Origin: Verrucomicrobiota bacterium
Lineage (GTDB): Bacteria; Verrucomicrobiota; Verrucomicrobiia; Limisphaerales; UBA9464
Direction: 5' to 3'
NCBI GenBank assembly: GCA_039800465.1
Contig: JBDLQQ010000164.1
Span: 1-37,174 of the forward strand
Length of the DNA stretch: 37,174 nt
How positions within the stretch are numbered: position 1 is the stretch's first letter; every line of letters begins with the position of its first letter. The position numbers and the translations under genes were made by a program. Positions 29,466 to 37,174 of the stretch are shown here, piece after piece. The notes under the pieces are model-generated. The model worked only from the letters and a program-made list of their open reading frames with translations. It had not been told where the DNA came from and did not search any database.

Positions 29466-31784
29466 TCATTTCGCGGCCGGTACCGTGGCGCTCGCCTTGA
29501 GGGCGTTGAGATACTGTCGGGCCTGGGTGTTGCCAGGATTCCGTCGGAGCACCTCCTCGAACTCCCGGATGGCGTCGGCATACCGGGACTGCTTGGCGAG
29601 GGACACCGCCCAGTTGAACCGGGCCAGGGTGTGTTCGGGATTCAGCCGGACCACCTCGCGGAACTCCGGCTCCGCCTCGGCGAACTTCCCATCGACCCCC
29701 AGCTCGACCCCGAGGAGATAGCGGGCCTCCCAGTAGGTCGGCCTCAGGGCCACGGCCTCCCGGAGGCACTGGACCGCCTCGGGACGCTGTCCGCGCGCCG
29801 CCAGGACATCGGCCTTGCGGACCAGGACCCGGGGATCATCCGGACGTCGGGCCTGGAACACCGCATATTCCCGGAGGGCCTCGTCCCACTTCTTCTGGGC
29901 CGCATGGATCTGTCCGAGGTCCAACCGGGCCTCGTCGAGGTCGGGTCGGATCCTCAGCGCGGCCTCGAACTGTTCCCGCGCCTCATCGAACCGCTTCAAC
30001 CGCGCGAGGAGACGGGCGGACTGATACGGAGCCTGGTAGTGGTGGGGCAGCAGCTTCGCGAGGCTCCTCCACTCCGCGAGGGCGGCCTCCGTGTCCCCGG
30101 CCATCTCGAGGAACTCGGCGAAGTTCTGGTGGATCCAGGCCCGATCCGGCCGGCGTTTGACCGCGGCCTCGAACCGTTCCCGCGCGTCGGCGACCTCGCG
30201 CGGGTGGAGGCGCTGTCGCAGTTCCGACATCTGCTCGGCGATCCGTCGACGCTGGGCCCCGTGGTTGAACTGGCTGGTGTAGGGCGCCTCGTTCAGACGC
30301 CGGGCGATGTCCTCGAGCATCGCATAGCGGTTCCAGTCCGACAGCCCCAGCTGCTCGGCGCAGGTGGCTGCGTCCGGCCAGGCGCTGCGCCCCTTCTCCG
30401 CGATGGCCTTCGGCAACCAGGGGATCACCGCGTCGGCCAGGGCCACTGCGAGCCGCTGGTTGCCCTCGGGATTGAGGTGCACGTGCTCGTAGAACAGATC
30501 GCCCCCAGCGATCCCGAAGTCACTGACCTCGGCGATGGCCTTCTGGGCATCCACGAAGCCGAGCCGACGGCCCTTCATGTCCTCGGCGATGGTGGTCACG
30601 GCCAGGTTGAGATCGGAATCGGCACGGAACGGCAGGGCGTCGAGGTCCCGCGCCATCAGGAACTCCGTCCGGGCCGCCGTCGCATTCCCCAGGGCCAGCT
30701 CGCAGACCCCCAGCCGGAAATGGGTCTCGGCATCCCGGGGATCCGCCTCGAGGAGGAGCCGACACGCCTTCGCCGCCTCGCGCCATCCCGCCGCGGTGTC
30801 CCCGCCGGGGCCCGTATTCGTCGGGGCGGCACGGAACGCCGCCACGGCCCGGGCGACGTCATTCGATGACATCCCACCCGCCCGCCAGGTCCCAAACGGG
30901 GCGCAGTCCCTCAGGTTCGTCGCCATGGTCGACAACACCACGGGCACGCCGGCCCTGCCCGCCGTGCGCACGACCTCCTCGACGTTGCGTCGGAAGGCCT
31001 CCTCGACCACCCGCCGGCGCGGGTCGCTCGGGGACAGTTCACTGTCCCGGAATGCCTTGAGCCCGGCCCACTCGGTCGGCTTCCCACGGGACTGGGCATT
31101 CTCCATGAGCTGGGTGAGCCACTGGCCCAACCGGGTGGCACGGGCCCGCATCCGCCAGCGGACCAGTTCCTGATGCACCACCCCGCCCCCGAATGCGGTG
31201 TTGGGGAAGAAGGGGCCGCTGTACTCGTTGTTGCCGGCATAGACGATCCAGAGGTCGCCGTCGTATCGCGCGACCTCGTCGGCGATCTCCCGCATCACAT
31301 GCGAGTTGATCGCGGTCATGGCGGCCGGGATCACCTCGAATCGCGTCCCGGGGAAACGGTCCTCCAGGAGCACCTCGAGATGGGGGGCCACCCCGAGGGA
31401 GGGACGCGGGTCGCCCAGCGCCGCGGATTCGCCGAACAGGAAGATGCGATAGACCCCGGGATCCTTCTTGGCCGTGAAGGCCGTGGCCACCGGACTCCGG
31501 GCAATCCGGGAAGGGAAGAAGCGCCAGCCGAACCGCGGGTTGTCGACCCGCATGTCGCGGTCGCCGATCCGTGCGGGGAGCAGGAAGGAGGTCGGATGAC
31601 CATAGCCTGATATCCGCAGGGCCACCTCGATCGAACCAAACAGCAGGGTGGGAACCAGGACCGCCAACAGCACGCGGAGCAGCCGAGGACGCCAGAGGGC
31701 CCAGCCCCTCCGGGACCGCGAGGCCCAGACCGGACGCGCACGCGGGGTCGTCGATTTCGGGTTGGAATCCTCGGAAGGGTTCAC
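29466..31784 (-). CDS. Membrane-anchored SGNH-hydrolase-like protein with TPR repeats
   Basis: N-terminal TM, FGESAALG (block I), YAGNNEY (block III), FYEHVHLN (block V) and multiple C-terminal TPRs. Start GTG 31784 is approximate. Confidence 0.83.
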   Translation of the reverse strand: MNPSEDSNPKSTTPRARPVWASRSRRGWALWRPRLLRVLLAVLVPTLLFGSIEVALRISGYGHPTSFLLPARIGDRDMRVDNPRFGWRFFPSRIARSPVATAFTAKKDPGVYRIFLFGESAALGDPRPSLGVAPHLEVLLEDRFPGTRFEVIPAAMTAINSHVMREIADEVARYDGDLWIVYAGNNEYSGPFFPNTAFGGGVVHQELVRWRMRARATRLGQWLTQLMENAQSRGKPTEWAGLKAFRDSELSPSDPRRRVVEEAFRRNVEEVVRTAGRAGVPVVLSTMATNLRDCAPFGTWRAGGMSSNDVARAVAAFRAAPTNTGPGGDTAAGWREAAKACRLLLEADPRDAETHFRLGVCELALGNATAARTEFLMARDLDALPFRADSDLNLAVTTIAEDMKGRRLGFVDAQKAIAEVSDFGIAGGDLFYEHVHLNPEGNQRLAVALADAVIPWLPKAIAEKGRSAWPDAATCAEQLGLSDWNRYAMLEDIARRLNEAPYTSQFNHGAQRRRIAEQMSELRQRLHPREVADARERFEAAVKRRPDRAWIHQNFAEFLEMAGDTEAALAEWRSLAKLLPHHYQAPYQSARLLARLKRFDEAREQFEAALRIRPDLDEARLDLGQIHAAQKKWDEALREYAVFQARRPDDPRVLVRKADVLAARGQRPEAVQCLREAVALRPTYWEARYLLGVELGVDGKFAEAEPEFREVVRLNPEHTLARFNWAVSLAKQSRYADAIREFEEVLRRNPGNTQARQYLNALKASATVPAAK

Positions 31785-31941
31785 CGAGAAAGAACTATCC
31801 GGTGGCCCTCCGTGCAACAAGGACGCTCTGCGCCCCGCCCGCCGCCGACACCCGCCCCCCATTTCCAGCACGCACGCCTCCCTAAATCTGGGGAGGGTCC
31901 TCCCCTCGCGGTACCCCCGTGAGCCCGGTGAGACTCACCCC

Positions 31942-33054
31942 GTGAGCCCACAGGAAGCCCTCATCGCCCTCAACCTCATCGACCACGTCGGCCCGATCCG
32001 ACTGCGACACCTCCTCCAGCACTTCGAGGGGGACCCCGTGGCGGTCCTCGGGGCCTCGGCACCGCAACTCCTGGCGGTCCATGGGGTCGGACCGGAGACC
32101 GCCGAGGCCATCGCCTCCTGGGAGTCGACGGTGGATCTCTCCGGCGAACTCCGTCGGATCCAGGACTTCGGCTGCACCGTCGTCACCCAGCTGGACCCCG
32201 GCTATCCGGGACCGCTCCGGGAGATCTACGACCCGCCCCCGGTGCTCTACATCCGGGGACGACTCCTGCCCGCCGACCTCCGCGGCATCGCCCTGGTGGG
32301 ATCCCGTCTCTCCACGCCGTACGGGATCGAGACCGCGCGGCGACTCGCCTACCAGCTCGCCTACGCCGGGGTGACCGTGGTCAGTGGCGGCGCCCGGGGC
32401 ATCGACACCGCGGCCCACCAGGGGGCACTCAGCTCGGGGGGGCGCACGATCGTCGTCCTCGGGACCGGCATCAGCCAGGTGTTCCCCGCGGAGAACGCCG
32501 CGCTGTTCGACCGCGTCGCCGAACAGGGAGCCGTCCTGACCCAGTTCCCGTTCCACCGCTGCGCGGATCGGCAGACCTTCCCGATCCGGAACCGGATCGT
32601 CGCCGGCCTCACCCTGGGCACGGTCGTGGTCGAGGCCAACCTGAACGGCGGGGCCCTGATCACCGCGAACTTCGCCACCGACTACGGCCGGATGGTGTTC
32701 GCGGTGCCCGGCCGCATCGACTCGCCCCGGAGCAAGGGATGCCACGACCTGATCAAGAAGGGCGCGAAGCTCTGCGAGGGGCCCGAGGACATCCTGAGCG
32801 AGTTCGAGTACCTGTTCCCACCGACGAACCGGCCGGGGCCGGATCCAGAGGCACTGGAACGTCCCACCGTCCCACTCTCCGAGGTCGAGGCCCAGATCCT
32901 CGGCGTCCTCGAGGCGCGGACCGAACGGTCCATCGACGAGATCATCCGCGCGTCGGGTCTTCCCGCGGCACGGGTGGCCTCGACCCTGTTCGCCCTCGAG
33001 CTGAAACGGCTGGTCCGACAGAGCCCGGGCAAGCTGTTCCTCCGGAACACCTGA
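31942..33054 (+). CDS. dprA: DNA-protecting protein DprA/Smf
   Basis: YP..LREIYDPPPVLY, VGSR, VSGGARGIDTAAHQGAL, FPIRNRIVAG and FAVPG...S.GC..LIK.GA, followed by a C-terminal winged helix. Confidence 0.96.
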   Translation: MSPQEALIALNLIDHVGPIRLRHLLQHFEGDPVAVLGASAPQLLAVHGVGPETAEAIASWESTVDLSGELRRIQDFGCTVVTQLDPGYPGPLREIYDPPPVLYIRGRLLPADLRGIALVGSRLSTPYGIETARRLAYQLAYAGVTVVSGGARGIDTAAHQGALSSGGRTIVVLGTGISQVFPAENAALFDRVAEQGAVLTQFPFHRCADRQTFPIRNRIVAGLTLGTVVVEANLNGGALITANFATDYGRMVFAVPGRIDSPRSKGCHDLIKKGAKLCEGPEDILSEFEYLFPPTNRPGPDPEALERPTVPLSEVEAQILGVLEARTERSIDEIIRASGLPAARVASTLFALELKRLVRQSPGKLFLRNT

Positions 33055-33104
33055 CCCCTCCAATCCACGGGTTGCGGACCGGTCGAGGTGGGACAACTTC
33101 GACA

Positions 33105-34715
33105 ATGAAATCCCGCGTCCAAGTCGTCTGGTTCAAACGCGATCTCCGCGTCCGGGACCACGCGCCCCTGCTCGAGGCGGCGGCGAACGGTCCGGTGATC
33201 TGCCTCTACCTGTACGAGCCCTCCCTGCTCCGGTCGACGGAATGGGATGCCAGCCATTCGCAGTTCATCGCGGAATCCCTGATGGAACTCTCCGAACGGC
33301 TCGCCTCGCTGGGCGGACGTCTCGTGACCCGGACCGGCGAGGCGGTGGAGATCCTCGAGCAGATCCGCCGGGAATGCCCCTTCCGGTCCCTCTGGTCCCA
33401 TGAGGAGACGGGCAATGACATCACCTTCCGTCGAGACCGGCAGGTCGCCGACTGGTGCCGGGACCGCGGCGTGGTCTGGACCCAGATCCGTCAGGATGGT
33501 GTGGTTCGTCGACTCCACACACGGGACGGATGGTCGGAGCGTTGGGACCGGATCATGTCCCATCCCGTCCTGCCCGCGCCGATCCGGATCGGATCCCCCG
33601 GGAACCTCGCCTCGGAGGGCATCCTGGGTCCGGTGGAACTGGGACTGGGCCCCTCCACCAAGACCGAAGCCCAGCGCGGGGGCGAGGGTGAGGGACGATG
33701 GACCCTGGAACGCTTCCTGGAGGTCCGGGCCCTCGACTACCGCCAGGGCATGTCGTCCCCCGTGACCGGTTGGGAATCCTGCTCCCGCATCTCCCCCTAC
33801 CTGACCTGGGGCTGTCTCTCGATGAGGTCCGTCCACCATGCGTGGAAGGAACGCCTCGCGACATTGTCGGCCGAGCGCTCCGCCGGGCTTTCCGTCGATC
33901 GGCGGTGGTTCGACTCGCTGCGCAGCTTCGGGTCCCGGCTCCGCTGGCACTGCCACTTCATCCAGAAGCTCGAGGACGAGCCCCGGATCGAGTTCGAGAA
34001 CTTCGTGCGGACGTTCGACGGGCTGCGGGAATCCTTCACGGAGTCACCCGAAGGTCGACGTCAGCTCGACGCCTGGTGTGCCGGGCGGACCGGGTACCCG
34101 ATGGTCGACGCCTCGATGCGCTGCGCCCAGGCGACGGGTTGGCTGAACTTCCGGATGCGGGCCATGCTGATGAGCTTCGCGAGCCATCACCTCGGGCTCC
34201 ACTGGCGCCCCACGGCCGTGTTCCTGGCCCGGCACTTCCTCGACTTCGAGGCGGGCATCCACTTCAGCCAGGCCCAGATGCAGAGCGGCACCACCGGCAT
34301 CAACACCGTCCGCATCTACTCCCCCGCCAAGCAGGCGATCGATCAGGATCCGGACGGTGTCTTCATCCAGCGCTGGGTGCCGGAGCTGGCCCGGGTGCCC
34401 GTGGCCTACCTGGCCCGTCCGGAGACCATGCCGACGTCGGTGCAGGACCTGAGCGGCTGCATCCTCGGGAAGGACTACCCGAAGCCGATCGTCGACCATG
34501 CCGTCGCCTACCGGCAGGCCCGGGAGCGGCTACAGTCGATCCGACACCTGCCCGCCACCCGGTCGGAGGCCCGGCGCGTGCTGGTCCGACACGGCAGCCG
34601 CAAGGGAGCGGGATTCCGTTTCCTGAGGGCGGAACTCGAGTCGCGAGGCCTGGTGGCGCGGGATCGGATCGACCCAGCAGCCCCGATGGGCCAGCAGCTG
34701 GAGATGCCGATGTGA
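33105..34715 (+). CDS. Photolyase/cryptochrome-family FAD-binding protein
   Basis: WFKRDLRVRDHAPL, SRISPYLTWG, TGYPMVDASMR, GWLNFRMRAML, FLDFE and DPDGVFIQRWVPEL. Start at ATG 33105. Confidence 0.93.
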   Translation: MKSRVQVVWFKRDLRVRDHAPLLEAAANGPVICLYLYEPSLLRSTEWDASHSQFIAESLMELSERLASLGGRLVTRTGEAVEILEQIRRECPFRSLWSHEETGNDITFRRDRQVADWCRDRGVVWTQIRQDGVVRRLHTRDGWSERWDRIMSHPVLPAPIRIGSPGNLASEGILGPVELGLGPSTKTEAQRGGEGEGRWTLERFLEVRALDYRQGMSSPVTGWESCSRISPYLTWGCLSMRSVHHAWKERLATLSAERSAGLSVDRRWFDSLRSFGSRLRWHCHFIQKLEDEPRIEFENFVRTFDGLRESFTESPEGRRQLDAWCAGRTGYPMVDASMRCAQATGWLNFRMRAMLMSFASHHLGLHWRPTAVFLARHFLDFEAGIHFSQAQMQSGTTGINTVRIYSPAKQAIDQDPDGVFIQRWVPELARVPVAYLARPETMPTSVQDLSGCILGKDYPKPIVDHAVAYRQARERLQSIRHLPATRSEARRVLVRHGSRKGAGFRFLRAELESRGLVARDRIDPAAPMGQQLEMPM

Positions 34716-34718
34716 CGC

Positions 34719-35454
34719 CTCGTATGGTGAGAGATCAGTCCGATTACAGAGTCAGTTGACCCGGGCAGGGATGAGTTCTGCGGTTGCTGTCCACACGAGA
34801 GGCTTTGGATCCCCGCTGTTGTTCTCGATGTAGTCGTTGATGGCAGCGGTCAGCTCATCGACGCTTCTGAACACGCCGCGCCGGTCTCCTCCGGGGGATT
34901 CAGGTCCAATCCGACGATGTCACGCACCTTCTCGACGAAGAGCGGATCGGTGGAGAGCTTGAAGTTCTCCCGCAGGTGGGGCTTGAGCCCGAAGGCCCGC
35001 CAGATCCGACCGATCGCGTTCTGGTTGAGGGCGCTGGCCTCGGCCATCGTCCGAGTGCTTCAGTGGGTTGCGTTCGTGGGCCGTGTCCCCAGCGTGCAGG
35101 TGATGACGGACTCCACCTTGTGATCGGTGATCTTGCGTGGCTGCACGGAGCGCGGGGCGTCTCCCCAGGGCTTCCAGGCGTCCCTTGAGGAAGTGCGCAC
35201 GCCATTTGCCCACCGTCTGGATGGTCACCGATCGTTTGGCTTCCATCGCGGTATTGGTGAGGCCGGCGGCACAATCCAGGACGATACGGGCTCGTAGCGC
35301 CGGCCGCTGATCGGTCCTGGGCGGCGGGCCAGGCGTTTCCGTTTTGATTGCTCCTCGAGGCTGAGACCCAGTGGGTGGGTGGGACGTCCCGTTCGCACAA
35401 GACCGATTTGGTATTGGCCTCCCTTGTTGCACGAATAATCGCTCACAACACTGG
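34719..35454 (-). mobile_element. Internally deleted, degenerate IS630-family element retaining both ends
   Basis: Across frames from GTG 35398: MRTGRP..RLARRP / ALRARIVLDCAAG..TVGKWR / RKITD..ATH*STRTMA..RIWRAFGLKPH..FKLSTDPLFVEKVRDIVGL.LNPPE, then a jump to RGVFRSVDEL..PKPLVWTATAE. The DDE core is missing. Related terminal repeats lie near 34719-34750 and 35423-35454. Confidence 0.9.
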
Positions 35455-35727
35455 AATCCTGGTTACGAAGTTCAGCGGGTTGATCCAATTCCACACCTCC
35501 GCTTCTTTCACAGTCCAACAGCGGAGCCGCGGGAACGCGGTGCTCCATACCCCAGAGCAGAACATTTCCCACCGCTCGATCTGCGTTCATCTGCGATGTC
35601 GTTGGTTTGGAGCCCTTGACTTTACAGACCCCGATTCATCTCCTGCCCTCGTAGGCTCCCGATCAACACAACCCGGTTCTACCAACCGACGGCGACGCTT
35701 CAAGGGCGTCGACCTACTCACAAGCAT

Positions 35728-36618
35728 GTGACGAGAATCACCGAAATATCGGCGACCCGGATCCGCCTCTCCAGTCGACCGTCGTGGTGGTTGGTGACTT
35801 TCTTTGGGCTCCTTTTCTTGACCGTCCTTTTTGGACTCTGCCCATCCTACGAGCTGAACTGTCGGCAAGCGGAAGCCCACACCGTTGACCTGAGGGTCAG
35901 GCGTCAATTGTTCGGCCACACTCTCTCCGAGCGCACGATCACCGGGGTCACCGGCGCGACCTTGGAAAACGGCTCCGATTCCAGCGGCAATAACCATCAC
36001 CGTTCCACGGGCAGTCGCGGCGCCACGTTCGAATTCAATACCACCGCACGGATCGTCTTCATCACCCAAACCGGGCCCGTTCCGCTCTTCTCGGCGTATG
36101 CGGCAGGCCGCGATGGCTTCCAGATCGCAGCGGATGAGCTCAACCATATCCTGGCGGGTGATCGCGCGGAGGGTCGAGTTGTGAAGGTGCCACCCAGCAA
36201 TTGGTTCTGGGGGCTCGCTGCTGTTTTGGGGTTGATGACCGTCACAATCATCCCGGGTGGATCGTGTCGCTGCCTCATCGATCGCTCCGAAAACGTGGTC
36301 AGAATATCCCGACCGACCCTTCTCGGATCGCGACACGCGGAGTTCGCGCTGACCGATGTCGAGTCCTTCCGGGTGGTCCACCGAATCGCGTCCGTCACGA
36401 CACGTGAATCCGAGGATCGACCGCAGCGCATTGAGGATTTCGTCTACGCCTTCAAGAATTTCCGCCGACTCCAGGAAGCAAGCTTCGAGAAATCGATCGG
36501 CATCCAACTGCACAATGGTGACGAGTTCTCGATTACCCGACAGAGAGGCGCGAGGGCCAAACCAAGCGCCGAGGATTTGATCGGACTGTTGGAGAAATTC
36601 CGCCGGGGCGAACTGTAA
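35728..36618 (+). CDS. Hypothetical membrane protein (two TM + soluble-domain units)
   Basis: 296-aa ORF with two hydrophobic segments (WWLVTFFGLLFLTVLFGL and WFWGLAAVLGLMTVTII). Its codon usage is less GC3-biased than the core genes. Confidence 0.7.
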   Translation: MTRITEISATRIRLSSRPSWWLVTFFGLLFLTVLFGLCPSYELNCRQAEAHTVDLRVRRQLFGHTLSERTITGVTGATLENGSDSSGNNHHRSTGSRGATFEFNTTARIVFITQTGPVPLFSAYAAGRDGFQIAADELNHILAGDRAEGRVVKVPPSNWFWGLAAVLGLMTVTIIPGGSCRCLIDRSENVVRISRPTLLGSRHAEFALTDVESFRVVHRIASVTTRESEDRPQRIEDFVYAFKNFRRLQEASFEKSIGIQLHNGDEFSITRQRGARAKPSAEDLIGLLEKFRRGEL

Positions 36619-36852
36619 CACGCGCCCTTCGCCTACAAATAGCCCCGCGGCTTCAGCCAGGGGACTCTCAGCGTCGGCACCCCCCGCAGCCCCGGCGGCC
36701 CCAGCAGGACGAGAAGGTCTCTGGTTGGACCCAATCGCCGGATGCTTTCCTGCCCAGATCCAGCAGCGTTCGATCAGTTCTTCCGCGAATAGCTCGTCAA
36801 AAAGACCCTCGTCTTCAGGTGAACAGGGCACGAGTGAATGCGTCTGACAGCC

Positions 36853-36987
36853 ATGGATTTGGGGCGACGAGAAGAGACGCAGGTGGAGCTGTTCTTGGCG
36901 ACGGCTCAACTGCGGTGAGGACCCGGGCATCCGTTCTACCGGAAGTTGAATGAGGTTTTGGCCGGTGCCGGGTTCGATGCCTTCGTC
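36853..36987 (+). pseudogene. N-terminal remnant of an IS1182-like transposase
   Basis: MDLGRREETQVELFLATAQLR*GPGHPFYRKLNEVLAGAGFDAFV, with an internal TGA at 36916-36918. The HPFY..LN..L...GFD.FV pattern is recalled from IS1182/DUF772 transposases. Confidence 0.7.
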
Positions 36988-36988
36988 A

Positions 36989-37056
36989 CAACCGCAGAAC
37001 TCATCCTTGCTCGAGTCCACTCACTTTGTAATCGAACTGATCTCTCACCACACTAG
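36989..37056 (+). mobile_element. Isolated IS630 right-end fragment
   Basis: 68 bp with 59/68 identity to the reverse complement of 34719-34786. It encodes TAELILARVHSLCNRTDLSPH* and ends in CACTAG. Confidence 0.88.
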
Positions 37057-37174
37057 CGTCGGGCTCCACTCTCGCTGCGGCCCCGGTTGTCGAGGGCCAG
37101 ATTCCCGGCACCCGTCGCCATCACCATCATCAGGGCCCCCATCATGGCGAGGTTGCGGAGGAAATAGCTCTCCT
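37053..37174 (-). CDS. DoxX-family membrane protein, C-terminal part (partial)
   Basis: ESYFLRNLAMMGALMMVMATGAGNLALDNR...* matches the DoxX F.KNL...G.LL.....GAG..SLD pattern. Confidence 0.8.
   Translation of the reverse strand, partial: ESYFLRNLAMMGALMMVMATGAGNLALDNRGRSESGARR

Noticed and set aside
35587-37020. 477-aa minus-strand ORF
   Set aside because: It spans the antisense of the cargo gene and IS remnants and has no coherent domain.

Overview
A GC-rich chromosomal window whose gene families (PVC-type membrane-bound dehydrogenase, DxDGDG-repeat secreted proteins, several TPR proteins) point to Verrucomicrobiota or the wider PVC superphylum; this taxonomy is an inference. It holds about 24 real CDSs. 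In order they are: a partial >908-aa secreted protein missing from the ORF track, two divergent two-component systems (OmpR/HAMP kinase and LytS/LytTR), a large TPR protein, a purple acid phosphatase, a hypothetical protein, a TviB/WbpO-like dehydrogenase, an old yellow enzyme, a HelY-like helicase, a tandem pair of atypical thymidylate-kinase-like proteins, moaC, ptsH, gatC, a small TPR protein, coaD, a gingipain(C25)-like secreted protein, a C-terminally truncated PVC dehydrogenase, amtB, an SGNH-TPR protein, dprA, a photolyase/cryptochrome, a cargo membrane protein and a partial DoxX gene. The last ~2.3 kb (34719-37056) is an island bounded by a 68-bp inverted pair of IS630 right ends and contains decayed IS630 and IS1182-like sequence. 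The best leads are: (i) the Tmk-like pair, one with a GxxGxGRS P-loop, preceded by a three-hairpin terminated RNA; (ii) a photolyase ending in a beta-clamp-like motif next to dprA; (iii) inverted heptamer arrays bracketing the start codon of the C25-like gene; (iv) a recurrent leaderless promoter architecture. No rRNA, tRNA or CRISPR array was seen. All assignments come from reading motifs by eye; no database searches were run.
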